From Perna viridis (Eukaryota), in NCBI GenBank assembly GCA_037379345.1, contig CM074517.1, forward strand, positions 15,376,001 through 15,440,000: a DNA stretch of 64,000 nucleotides, read 5' to 3'. The position numbers and the translations under genes were made by a program. Below are positions 21,175-35,200 of the stretch, piece after piece. The notes under the pieces are model-generated. The model was not told the DNA's origin and made no database searches. It worked only from the letters and a program-made list of their open reading frames with translations. Numbering within the stretch: the stretch's first letter is position 1; the number at the start of each line of letters is the position of its first letter.

Positions 21175-24100
21175 TTACAGGTGCATTTTTTGTCATGAAG
21201 ACTGTAAACTGCAATGAATAAGGATTCACGTATGAACTTTCCCACTATCGCAAAGCAGGGTCCTTCGTTTGAACGTTATTGAAATAAACTCGTTATTAAA
21301 CACACAAAGGTATCTACCAGTAAAATAAACTCAATTATATAAATTGACGTTAAAATACAAAAATCAACTAATCAATAGAATCAGACGTAACACATGGAAA
21401 TAGCGTGTTTTCTGTCTGAATATAATGCCAAAAACTGTATTAAAAAACTCTTTGTTGTCAGGACTGTAATAACAACATTGAGAAGAGCAATTGAAGTGGC
21501 CGGTAAAATATCTTGTTCATCTCTACAAAATGGTATTATTGCATGCCTATCTTTATTCTACAACTGATAGAATCGTATGGTAAACCACAGGGACTTTCGT
21601 ACAGAGAACTAAAACACTGCAGAATTCTTAGAACGATTCCGACTAACGGACAGTTATCAGTATCCAGATTTTGTCGTAATATTCATTTGTTTTGAAGTAA
21701 ATAACATCAATATCATCCAATGAAATTCACTTCAAACAAAAATCCTTAAATTGGTATGTATAAGACACTACAAGGGATGTGAACATCGACATTTTCTTTC
21801 TATATTATACATAGCGTAACAAATTGTTACATTCGATATTTTCTTTATGAAACAAAACCAACTAACATATATTTATTGCACATAACGATCTAAATGAGTG
21901 ATTACCAGTAATAGGTCTTTGTCTCTATTTTCTTAGTCATATATTATGCGGAGTAACACGTTCTTTTCAATACATCATGATTAGATTCAAACGGGAAAAC
22001 GTTTGGAAAAATGAATGTGTATTTAAAAAAAAACTGAAGGCATTATTTCAAAATCTTCTGCAGCTACCGGAGTTGGAAGCTTTTGAAGAGTTTCGAAACG
22101 CTCCGATACCAAGTAGGCCAGAGCGTCAACAGAGCAGCTCAGCTGCTAGTAGGACAAACTCTGACCGGGTTCTCCGGTCAGATATCCCGAAGGCTGGGCT
22201 TTTTCACCAACATCATTTGGAAGACAGCCAATGCCGGTAACCCCTTTCTCATAGTGGAAGTTTAGACCACCTTCCGTGTGAGACCCCACTTTAATATTCC
22301 TTAGACGTAGTTTATACCTTTGACATTAGCAAGCTGGGATTTTGTTTTGTGTTTTTGTGTTTCGTTTCTAAACGTTGGTTGTTGCTTCTGTTTCGTTTTA
22401 TTAATATTGCGTTGGTCCTGTGACTATCGATTTTTAAACAATTACTTTTAGTTTCACTTCATCTAAAAATCTTTAGCATGATTTGGTTACCATTGCAAGA
22501 CATTAATGCAGAAAGGATCGCAAGCTATTTAATGCCAAAATGATGACGGTATTACAAAATATCTAGACAGGATAACTAAATTAACAATGAAGCATTTCTA
22601 AGAGATTCGAATAAATTGATGTACTGATATTTTTAGAAAAAATCACGAATTTGTTTTTCACTCCACATGAATGATATATATTTTTGAAAGTGCAGTTAAA
22701 CGATCGTGTCAGTTATTTATTTTGGAGTTCATTGAATTATAATTATCGAGGTGCATGTAGCTGATACTTGCAAATAAATAAATTGTGATATTATACAAGA
22801 TATAGAATATTTTACTTAAAAGAGTTTAATTTGAAAAAAATGGGAGTTTTTAATATGTCTTCACACAATCCCTGGGTGTGAAGGGTCTAAGAAATCTGGG
22901 AATCCCTTTATAGATACCCTGGGCTTAAAGGAGAGTTTACTGTATTGCAGGACTTGTAAATAAATTGTATATGAATCTTTAAAAAAATTGTATATATATA
23001 TATATGTTATTAGTGATATTCTACAACGCAGTTGACTGAATCAATTGCTTTTATTTTGCATTTCAAAAAATAGGTTATTTTTCAAATAAATAGAATTCTA
23101 GTGTAAAATGACAAAATAAATCCAGTAATGTTATGTATATTTTTTTCCTACCATCATGTATATTTACCACAGTTGATGTACATAAAAATCGTTTGATATT
23201 CATTTTTGTAACACTTTTAGACTTGTCTCCCTTTGAGTATTAATCCAATTTAACAAACACAATGTTGGCGAAACTTAAACAGCTTGTTACGATCCAGACG
23301 CTTCTGGAATCCCAGAGGTACTCGTTCCAATCTAAACCTGAAGTGCAAAAACTTACAAGTAGCCAGAGTTAATACTGCATGGTTGGAAAACGCAGGTCTT
23401 GGTCTATTTTACTGATGACTGATACCAGTGGCAAACGTAATTTGTAGAGAGGAGTAACTGCCCAACTCATGACTCATGATATTTTGTCAAATAGGACCAG
23501 GCTATACAAGAGAGTGCAAAGTAGCAACAAAATATGACTGAATGCGTTAAAAGTAAGACAAGTTATCATGTTTAAACAGAAATGATGCTACTGTAAAAAA
23601 AACTTCTTAAGAGTTCTTTCTACATTTTTTTGGTTTTAGGGGCATTTCGAATAGATTTTTTCCCCCACGTCATGAGCAAATGTATTTTTTTTCTCCTTTT
23701 TAATTCAACAGTTCGTATAAAATATAAGAATAAAAATCAACAGGAACTTGTCAGATGTCAATACCTTCTTCAAGAGGGGACATAAGCAACCTGAACATAC
23801 TTTAAGGCAAACTTTGTTTGACGCGTTGCGCTACTTGCTGCAAGAGTTCTATGTACTCACTTTTAACATATTTTTGTTGTGTTTTTTCTGTACTTTGTGG
23901 TTTTTGTTTATTGTGTCTGACCTTTTAATTTCTTCCTGTTACTTCCGATTTTTCAATATTAACTTATTGTGTTTCATGTTGCGAAGGGGTACTGATAAAA
24001 AGGACATTTTTAAATTGTTGTCCTGGATACATATTGCTTGCACTGGTTTGATATATCTAAAGGATGGTTTTAGATAGAATTACTTTACAATGATTGGCTT

Positions 24101-27100
24101 TGCTGTATCACTAGCGAAACTCGATAGCCATTTCCATGACTAGTGATGACCTAATGTCATGTTTGTGAATATTTTGGCAAAGAGAAAGTTTGATAAATAC
24201 TATCAAGTGATCTTTGCTCATGTTCTAGCTAATGTTCACAACATTGCAGACAAATGGAAAACATTTAACGGAATGATCAACAAAGACGAAACGAATGACT
24301 TTGTTTTAGAGATTAACTTCTTTAAAATTCTCTAGATATTTCTGACATGTTCATAACAGCTATTTCCTTGCAAGAACAATCAAACGACTTTATAATCCCT
24401 GTTTATCCCGGATTGTTTTACGTCTCCGAAAGACAATCGAGATATCGGGACAAAGTAAGAACCAAAGCGGAACAGGAAGTGATATTGATAAGTCTATAGT
24501 TAATTGAAAAACAGTATGAAACGTAAGCAACATAGCATTCAGTTAAGTCGGCCTTATTGGTAAACCAGACACGATAGCCTTACATAATGGTCTATACAAT
24601 AGTACATCGACTATCAAAGGGAAAATTCCCTTACATTGTTAATCAAATAACAGACTTCATACAACAAAAATCACTGTTTAATAGAAAACACATGGATATA
24701 TTTTTGCAAGTTGCAGTTTTTCTGTGTATGTTTTTCCAATGCATTCTTACTCGAAAAGATCAATGCTCTTCGCGATTTCTCTTGTACTTTGTATGCTTAA
24801 CCTCTGTTATGTATTTGGTAAACTTAAAACAAAATAGAAGTGCAGTAACTTTACATGTACAGGGCCTCTCGGTACAAAGTTGAAGTTAAAAAAGTGACGG
24901 AATTTTAAACCTATAAAAAATTATTAATAACGATCCTAGGAACTATTGTACTAAACTTTACATTTTTAAAGGATGTCGATTTACATGTACTACTTGTATT
25001 GCAGAAAATGAAACACAAGTTTTCGACCATGGGTTTGACACATTTACAGTCTTTCATAGTCTTGTTGAGGTTTTAACAAACATTTCAAAGACGTAGTGAA
25101 CTGTACAATTATTATTGCATGTTTATAACACATATAATTAATTTTGTAGCTGCATCTCTAGATTAAACTTTGGTTGCAGTTTTTAAACCATGTTCGAGAA
25201 TATCTACAACCAGCAGTGTTTAATATGTTGTACGAATTCATATTTTACCTGTCAATTCGGATTTGTTTATTTTTATAATTCGAAAAAAAAAATATCTATG
25301 GAACTATCAAAGATAAATCCCAAATACTATTTTTGTGTTTAAGGAAAGATACAAATATGACAAATACACACACACACATGTATTCAAAAGACACGAACTA
25401 TCATGAAATATGCCGATAAAATAACCTTAAAGACGTATTTTTACTAAATACAGAGAAAATGTGTCAAATACTTCAGTAGGAAAAAATTCATTTTTAAACA
25501 CCCAAACGAGTCGTCACGTCGTGCATGTCCGGTATTTTGCTATGAACATTTTGAAGGCATTTCCACCTGAATATGCAAAATAATATATCAGATTTAACTT
25601 AACATTTAACCTGGGTTTCATAAAAAATCTCAAGTTGAGAATTTCATCAAATCCTGAAGTTTTTCCTCAAATCTTCAATTTTATGTTATTGGATAGGTTT
25701 GTTGAAATTTGATTTGAGGAAAAGTCAATTTGAGATTTTATATTGATCTGAACTTTTTTTTCGAATACATTGAAGCGTCTACAAATAACATAATTACCTA
25801 GTTTAAACATTACATGATTCGTAACTTGCGTATAGATATATAAGTTAAGAATCGTTTTTTTTTAATCAAAATTTTGTTTGCCACCAAACATCTTTAATGA
25901 GTACAATTAATATGTAATTCAAAAATGACCACGTCATCGTTCCATAGAATCTCAAAATGACAGGAGATGCACTCTTCTAAATTCAAGATTGTAAAGTTAT
26001 GGATATGAAACAATTGTAGTTATATAAAGACATCAATAGTTGAAACGCAAGTCACCATAGGTCCTTTTGATACAAATAAGGCTCAAAGTATTTCAAATCA
26101 ATTTTTATTGAGATAAAATTGTATGTAAAGAAATTAAATATTGTAAAGTCATCTGAATATAGGAGGTTTCTTTTTCAACCCTCATCCGTCTTGTCGTTTT
26201 ATTACCAGTTTAAAGGTGTTTTTGTACCAATATTTATGACTTATTCATAACTGTTACAATTTTGAACATAAATGCATGAAAGTGAATTGAATATTTAAAT
26301 GGCTTAAAAGCCATGTATTTCCAGCTTGCTTCTGAATTTAACGTTTAATAAGATTCGTCATGTATCTGGATCTGTCATGCTGGGGATCTATTGAATTCTT
26401 ACAGGTGTCTCTGAAACATCATAAATTAACAGATTCTAATCTCAACTCATGTGTGAAAACATTGCTTTTTGAACACTATTACTTCCGTTTAGGAGTTTTT
26501 ATGCTTGAAAGGATTGTAAGTTGAAGACCAAAAAGACTTTGTAAAAGGGAATTTTCATATTCAAATGAAACCCTTATAATATTTTGCAGCATATTTATCA
26601 CATAGACAGGTATAAAATTTGTCTTTAATCTGTTGAATCTTTTGATAGAACCATCTTTTAACAACCAATGAATGTTTTCATGCCGACTTAAGCTTAATTC
26701 AGTCACCACACTCGATTTGAATTCTACGACTACGGTTGCTTATGATGGTTTTAGCAGATAGAATAAAAACAAGTCAGGTATCGGATGTTTAAGAATGAAA
26801 CAGTGTGTTCTTCTTTGTAAGTTGTGCAAAACAAGACAATATTTAACTCATATATATATCTATATTTACTTGTCCTTTGATTCGGCAGTTCACAATTCAA
26901 GTCCTTCAAATAAAATCTACGTGTTATTCGCATTTTGGTATTGACTGTACGATTAATATAAATATCCAGACCAGCAAGTCTACAAACGAACAAAGGAATA
27001 CTTACATCTAATCATATTAATACATACATGTACAAGTGCCTGACACATGAACTTTATGTTACATACATGTTTATAATATGCATTTTGTTCAAGTTGTCAG

Positions 27101-28329
27101 GCCTACATGTTTATTAATTATATAAAATGTTATTGAATTGATGTTATATGCATTTGTAGCACTCGGAACAACTCAGCCTTTCTCATTACACAGAAGGAAA
27201 ACCTCGTATGCACTCCTCTTTTCGCGCCAAATTTCTCTAAAGAGTAACTGCTTCGGTCCATGTATCACAAACGTTCCGGTAAAAGATTTTTTTTCTTTTG
27301 GTATCCAAGGTTATATTTTATTTAGTGTAGAAGAAATGACCTCTTTATAGTATGAACAGGTTTTTTTACTTGTAAAATTAGAATTAGTGCATGTCCGCAC
27401 ATCATGTTACTGATTGTTTTTATCAACATGTCAATGGTTATACATTCAAAATACTAAATCATTATCATTCCGTTTTGAAACACAACTGCATGATGGACAA
27501 AAACAATAGAAACAGCTTATACATGTAAAATGGCATAGATGAGGAAAACCGATGATAGAAATTCTTTGAGAATCTTATTTGCATTTATTTTAAAGCATTT
27601 TTACCTTTATTGAAAGAACACCCGTACCACAATGCTTTAACGTTCCTTCTATCTATAGGAATGTCATCCCCCGTTGGGATTTTTATTCGAAATATTAATC
27701 TTATGTATTTTTTAAAAAACGAAATAATGAACAACCGACTCTTTCTTAAATCTCTGCATTCTTATTGGCATTGTGCTCGAACTATCAAGCCGATTTCCAT
27801 TTAACTATCCGATTTCAAATTTTAAATATCAAAGTCACTATACATGCACATGTATGGCATTTAATGTGTTCATTTCAAGACCCCACGTGGAAAATGTTTT
27901 ATCTCCGCTGGGCACGGGGGAAATCAGACAGCATATCGATTGATATTTTATGACATGCGATTGGCTTTCCATTCATGCACGTTTCAAAAGAATATTCACT
28001 TTTAGTTATACATTACAGGAAAACATTTCCCTGAAACCTCATATCCTCATACATAACTGGAATTTTTAATGTGCTGGTATCATCTCGAGAATACTTTGTG
28101 ACGCACCGTCAAAAAATATTCTTATAATGTTCCAGAGAGACATATATGTTTAAGCTTGATGAAAACCAATACGGCGAAACCGCGTCAAAATGATAGAACA
28201 GTATTCCATGTACCCAACCCGCTGGAGTAAAAAGGGATTAAATATCATCTAACACTATATCTGCTGATTTTTTTTTTACTTATCCGAGCGATTCATTTTT
28301 GAAACGTTCGGTATAAATTCTATGAAAAT

Positions 28330-28570
28330 CCGTTTGGATATGGAGGTGTGATGTCTTACAAAAGATGGGATCTAATTTTTTAAGAGAGATAACTATCACA
28401 ACATTAACCAGTCAACCTTGATGTCCAAACTTGTCTGGTAGATGCATAGAAGCAACCATTGGCATAAATTTGGTACATATTCGTTGCGAAATATAAGCTT
28501 GTAAGCTCTCACAAAGTGTCACTGACAAGTATTGCTAAATCCCTATGTCGCGTTGCGACGGGGACAAAAA
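28330..28570 (-). mobile_element. Helentron-associated non-autonomous element (HINE/pearl-like), reverse orientation
   Basis: Terminal hairpin tccctatgtcgcgttgcgacgggga followed by caaaaa (TTTTTGTCCCC start on the minus strand), typical of this repeat class. The left boundary is uncertain. Confidence 0.45.
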
Positions 28571-30305
28571 TATAGGACATAAAACTGCCCATTTATTAGG
28601 AAAGCAAGTTTTGATTTCGTTTTCTTATACAATTGGTGACATTGAATTAAGTTTACGTTTTATTAAATACGTGGTCGATTTAAGCTAAGCGCGTTCAATA
28701 TTAGTTCACATTCAGGTAAAGCAGCAATACCGAAGTGGCAATGAAAAGATGGATTCGAAAGAGTGTAAAATCAAAGTCAAACACATAAACTGACTAGAAC
28801 AAACAACAAGAAAGACAAAAAATATACAATGACACGAGCAGAACCAACTCCACCAAAATGGGTCTGTAAGTTGCCCTTTTGCTGAATATTTTGTCAGAAT
28901 ATGATTGCTTTTGTCGTTACCATACGGACATTTTACCCATATTTCAATTTACCCATATTTCTATTTGTTTTGTTTTGTTTTGTTTTGTTTTTTTTGTTTT
29001 TATTTTATTTTTTTCAAGGTACTATGAATTTTTCAATAAGGCGGTTAAAATCTGCTTGAAAGGTTAAGATCTCCTGGAAAGAATAGGAAAGAACTTCTGA
29101 GCATGATATTAAAACACAGTTGTTAAAAGACCAATCCTATCCAACAACCGCATTTTCAATGCAAAGTGACAACTTGTAATCTTGGTTCAAAAGGTGCTAT
29201 AATTTGAATACTTTGAGGTGTTAAAGTTTTAAACAACAACAATAGCTTTTTGACTTGCATTTTGTTTACTGATTCTCAATGAAAATGGATCCATTCATTT
29301 GTATTCATGTCAACAAATTATTTCAATTTTGGCCATTCCGGCCATTGAATGAACAGGTCACCCATGACAACGAGGATCAATGTTAAATACATGCTTGTAT
29401 GATAGATGTCAAACCTCAAGTATTCCATCGACCAACAAACGTTCAATTCACCGGAAGAACATTTTATGGGTCTATTCATGCTGTCTTGCTGTTTATTAAA
29501 TAAAGATATTCCCACATTTAAAGTGGCTATTTAACGGTTTAAGTCATGCTATCACTTGTACAAGACAGAAATGTTTTAATACTGCGGAGAACTCATGTGT
29601 TTAATATTGTGCGTAGTTCCCAAGTTTATCAAAAATAATTTAACTTGATTTGAAATATATAAGCCTTCTGATTGGTCGGTTCTCTTTGAGCAACTTAGGT
29701 TATTTTGTATAAACTTATTTGGTACAATGACATCATTGATGTCTGCCGTCTGTGATTCCAAACTAAATAACTTTTTGTTTCGAAATCATATCTTTATTTA
29801 GACTTGAATCTATTAAAAAACAATTTAGAATTAATTTTAATTCTTGACCAAATGTTGCTGACATAACCATCTTTAAGACAATTTATGCTTCTTCAAAACC
29901 AGTTAAGGGTTCATGGAACGTAGATTACCCCAAAGTTGGTTAAACCGCATTTGAAATCAATCCCTGAATATCTGAAACAATTCAAAAATTAAATATTTCA
30001 TTTCATCAGAACACGTGCATTTATAAGCATTTTGTTTTTTATTTTATCTGCAAGTTATTCTGAGATACTTTTGATAACTTTTTATTTTTTTAAATTTAGC
30101 GGTCAACGGACGTGTTTGTGTTTTCAATACATACAAGTGGATTTTTAGTTTTTGTACTCTTAAATGTTTTCAATTCATTCCTCAATTTTTCATACCTTGC
30201 ATTGTCCAGTAACCCAAACTCTAACCATTTTGCATACAAATCAAATGAGACCTCGGAGTCTATTGGAGAAATAAAGTCTTAATTAGTATAAATAGTATTA
30301 ACAGG

Positions 30306-30829
30306 CTCCTGCGTATGTAGTGTTCATATCACAACTCATACGTTATGCCAGGGCTTGCCGAAACTACGCAGACTTTTTGTATCGCGCTAGAACTCTAACA
30401 AATAGGCTTCTGGAACAGGGTTATGTTGCTACAAGATTGAAGTCATCACTACAGAAGTTTTATGGTCGTCATCATGAACTCGTGGATCGTTATGGTGTAT
30501 CCATCAGCTCCATGAGAACTGATTTATTCAACGGTTCAGAGTTTTCCTTTCCTCGTTTGTCTACCCCGGACTTGACTTTTTATGAGCAACTCGGCGGGTG
30601 TTTCTAGAAAAGCAGAGGACGCTTACCCTACCGGTGCACCTGGTCCATGCTCCCAGATTTTAGTGGAATCCGAGTTGCTCATTTACTTTTGTTACTTTGT
30701 ATGTATGATTTTAGTTACTTTATGTTCTTTGTTGTGTATGTCTGTTTTCCATGTCTGGTCTTTGTCCCTGGATTACATTCTTTTGATTTCCGCTATAACC
30801 TTGGTTCCCTTGATTACTCCTTCACACTA
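30306..30829 (+). mobile_element. 5'-truncated Penelope-like retroelement (RT C-terminus plus 3' tail)
   Basis: Encodes PAYVVFISQLIRYARACRNYADFLYRARTLTNRLLEQGYVATRLKSSLQKFYGRHHELVDRY, typical of the C-terminal region of Penelope-like RTs (Naiad-type clade inferred). A structured segment and a T-rich tail follow. A second copy lies at 14691-15145. Confidence 0.8.
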
Positions 30830-32194
30830 ATGGTACAAATATATCATTTTTCAATAATTTCCGGTTTTACATTCATTTATACGAGGAAATTCTAGAAAAG
30901 AAGAGAACGCATCCACCATCGGTTCACCTAACCTAAGTTACCATCTATTAAGAATCTAATATACCTAAGAAGTGCAGAATTATTCAATGTTTTCTCGAAA
31001 ATGTCATAAAAATCATAGTTGCTCAATAAGTAACAATTTTCTGTGTATGTTACAAATCTTTTTATGTATGTTTTTGGCACAGATTTCCACATTGCGCTCA
31101 TTACCGTTAGTGCTTATATGACCTTACCTTATTTTGACAATATACCATACAAAAATGATTGAAATCGAAATTGAAATTTCGTGTCATGAGTTATTTCCTG
31201 AATGAAATGTAGAAAATTATAAGTAAAAAAAAGAACAAAGTTTAGTGCGTCGGCTGTCTTTTTTAAAGATATACTTGTGACCAGTCATAATGAACTTCCA
31301 AATTAATATTTGTTTTAAAATTCACCATGTTATTGACAACATTAACAAAAATTCCCTTTTCCCTTATTATAAACTGAGTAGAAGATGAGAGAAGCTAGCG
31401 CGAACGAAACTGCACAAATGTCAATCATAGTCAATTTACCTTAAAATCGAAAACATCCACACCTGTCTGTAGCTGGCACGACCTATGACCTTACCAACAT
31501 TTCCCTTGTGGAAAAATACCTTTCACTTGCAAGAAAGAAAACAGAACTTTTAATGAAAATTTAAGCATTTTCATCACAAGTACTACGAAATTGATTATGA
31601 CTTCACCAACATCCTTTCATTTGGTTTTCAATTTGTACCGTCTATCTGAATTATACGTATGGACAAGAAAATGCATATTTCCAATTCAAATGCCAATACC
31701 AATAGTTTTCTTGTTTTGTGTAGACACTTTATAGCAGTTTCAAATGAAATCTCTCATTACATTAATCTAAAGTAATAACTAAAATATCCCTACCTTAACA
31801 GCCGTTCAAATTGTTCCTAGTTTTAGCAGAATGCTAGATAATGCTAGACTTTAAATTGTTTTTATTGAAAATTAGGAAAAGTCAGCATAGAAATATGGGC
31901 GTCCCCAGAAATACAAGAAATATTCTACCGAAAAAGAATTTACATTAGGAAAATGAAATATGGGTACAGACTGCGACGTTATTGGTCTTTGAAAGCTGAC
32001 GTTTATGGTAAGTCGTGAAGGTATTCCTTCCCGACGAAATTTTTACATTTAAACTTTAAAATCAACATCTTTACTTAAATTCGTGTCGTTTTAGTCATTC
32101 AAATCCGTACTAACGATTTCATTTTTTATCTACTTGGCATGAATAATCTGTCGTAAATGCATTGCACACAGTCAGTTTTTGTAAGTTTAGTAAC

Positions 32195-32266
32195 GAACAC
32201 CGAAGGGATTTGAACCCTTGACCTCCAGCCAGAGACTGGCGCTCTAACAAACTGAGCTACAGTGTT
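32195..32266 (-). pseudogene. tRNA-like sequence (tRNA pseudogene or tRNA-derived element) with 5-nt anticodon loop
   Basis: Minus strand: AACACTG TA GCTC AGTTTGTTA GAGC G CCAGT CTCTG GCTGG AGGTC AAGGG TTCAAAT CCCTT CGGTGTT C. All four stems pair and the B box GGTTCAAATCC is intact, but no anticodon can be assigned. Confidence 0.75.
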
Positions 32267-35200
32267 TTCACCAAAATAAAATAACAGGTAAAGGGAAAGG
32301 GAAAATGAGGAGATCGTTCTTGTGTGCTGATTAATATATATATAAAGTCTAAAGGATTGTACAACGATACCGATAAAGATGTTAATACACTATAATAAAA
32401 TATATAATGAGCAAAATTTTCAGTCAACAAATGACCTTCTTCAGTGCCTTAGATAAACTATTTATTTTTCACAATATGCTAAGCAGAACGAAAAAGTAAT
32501 CGATGCTCAGAAAAGTGGTGACTAGATTTTTCAGTAGAAAAATTGTAAGTACAGACTTTTACTTTCGACAATTAACCATTCCTGATCATAATAATCATCA
32601 TAAGGTTTTTTTTTCATTTTATTTTTTTTTTCAATTATTTAAAAAGCTTAGTATGAAAAATGTAGAAATTTATAAATGTCGAGAGTAATATTTATAATTT
32701 ACGATGTAACTCACTGGTGATAGTGACTATAGTCCACTAAATGTAGTATGACATGTTGTGTAGAAACATCTAACCTTTCAGTTTGACCTTCATTACTGAC
32801 TGATGAAGAAATGTAAGTAAGACCGAGTCATCTGCGATACAATTACTCTGGCCAAACAAATACATTTCTGAATCAATGGTGCAGCAAAGATTTCAGACTT
32901 TAGCCATATGATACAAACATGATTGTCCCGTCTTGTATTGTTTACAATCACAGACCAAACTTTAGACAGTGTCCATCTGATATAGGCATTAGTAGACAAG
33001 TTATTGTTTACCAAGCAGAATCTACGCTCGGGTTAATTTCCACGTTATTTACATTTCTGTCAAAACAATCCTGCAAAGTGAGCCTTGTCAATCACTCCAG
33101 TAGTGTATAAGTGGTCAGTTCTGTCGAGTGATTTTCCCCCGGTATCTCTTTGAAGTTCCGAGTTAAGTCACATCTCCACCGAGCACGTAATCATACACGA
33201 TTTAAGACCGCTTCGAAGTTCAAAATATTCGACCATTTCGAAGTATTTTAGGATTGTTCCTTAGCAATTCTGTGGTGTAAACCGGTTTGTCTTGGTAGCT
33301 GAAAAATTAACGCCATCATTGTCAGATATACATTGTTATTTAATTGACGTGGTAGTAGGTTATTTTTAATGCCTGGTTTCAAATCCGTTGTGTCAAGATG
33401 GGCATTTTAACATTTTTATTGAAAGTGTAATTATAAGTGTTCATGGTTTATAATTTATTATAATAATACATTTGAAGAACGTTTTCTGTAAAAAAAATAA
33501 CATGAGGAAGGTGAAACCTTAAACGCTAAAAAAAAAAACAAACAAACAAACAACAAACAAAAAACATATGAATTCTAACACCTAAGTCATTTCAAATGTT
33601 TTTGTCAGCCCTGTTATTGGATTAACCTCCAAAGTGGTAAAATTTGTTATTATATACGGTTTTTATTGTCATTGTCTGAAAATGTGTATGGGCCAAAATG
33701 TCCAGCTTTTGTTAGGAACTGTGGGTTGACATGGTCCCAACCATCTTTGGGTCGAATTGTCCGGTATAATTGATGAGCTGAATACGTCATTTTCGTAAAA
33801 ATTCGGGTACCTTGAAAAAAAGCTAAGATTCAATTTTTGTTTAATCATCGAAGCTAGCTAATGTTTCTTAGACTGGTGTGATTCTAAATTGCATTTACCA
33901 ACTATACGAAAAAGAAGCTGACGTGATGCTATTTTTAACCTCCCGATTTTACATGCACCAACCGGATACTGATGTTTTTGTCTGGCCATAAAAAGTACTT
34001 ATGGGAGGAAATCACAATTTTGATAATACAACCATTGTATCAATGAAAACTGAGAGAAAAAACAAAATCTATTTTGAAGTATTGAGAATGCATACTCGTC
34101 TAAATAAACAGAATACAACTTAAAATAATATACAACAACGGCTAAACTTGTTCTAATAAAAATTCATAACTACAACCAAGTCTCCAACAAAGACTTATGA
34201 AAACAAACCATTAGAATGGTGGCCCTACTATTTAGTCCATTTGAAAAAGGTGACAGTCCTATCTCAAACTTCATTATTTATTATTATTAGTAGTAGTACC
34301 GGTCCAAAAATGTACCTAAAGTGTAATAAAAGCGTATTTTACTGCACAAGCATGCATGACACGGCTGCACCCTTTGAATTTTTTTTAGAAGCACCACGAG
34401 TTTCGTTAATCTTAGTCAGTTTAAAATATCCAGAGACACTTGATTCATACACAATATCATTATAGCAACAAGATTTCAAAAATCGTACAAATAAAAATGC
34501 TTTAACGTACATGCTTATCTTCCCTGAATGTTTCGTAATTCAGTTTTTGTCATAAGTACCTAACCGATTTCATAACTTTAAGTTCATGTAATGGCGGATT
34601 TTCAACAATTTTAGATACATGTAAACAGTTTCTTCTTTAGATTTTAAAAAACTTTCGGCCTTTTCCTGAACCAGAAAGATTCGATGCTTTTACGCCTTTA
34701 CAAAAAGTTTCCATAAAGCCTAACTGAACATCTTCTAATGTAAATAAAAGTCTACTTAGGTGATTTAAAATAATAAATAATGAAGAGCTCGGCACCTGAA
34801 ATAAATCACTGTGTATATGATACATATTGAATAACAGACGAATGTAACAGATTTTTTGCTGACTTTCCGTGCGAGATGACGTGAAGCCAAAAGACACGAT
34901 ACATCTGGTGTTCGTTCTGTAGAACATGGAAACCGAGGCTGCACGCGATGTTTACAGGAAGTTTCAGGATGCAAGTGAAACCGAATACGATTTTGGGATC
35001 GATTACAAAAACTTTAATACTCAATGTTGGGATCCGTATTCAACTTGTAGCGATTCATCTGATATGACAACATTTATTGATTTTTTATTGTATTTACGGA
35101 CCATGATAACTTTAAAAAAAAAGGTCTACATGCAGTAAGACAAGTTCAGTTCCTGGCCGTAACGTGAAGATATCCATAGTTTTATAGATCTGACATTAAA

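Noticed and set aside
31479-31491. DR1-like nuclear receptor element CGACCT-A-TGACCT as a retinoic acid response element
   Set aside because: A single imperfect DR1. No clean DR2 or DR5 was seen by eye, so a RARE is unsupported.
32790-33310. Possible LINE endonuclease remnant on the minus strand
   Set aside because: Only a DYVLGGD-like word is visible; frames are broken and evidence is insufficient.
34637-35138. Cluster of overlapping short ORFs
   Set aside because: No recognisable domain; probably a decayed TE interior.
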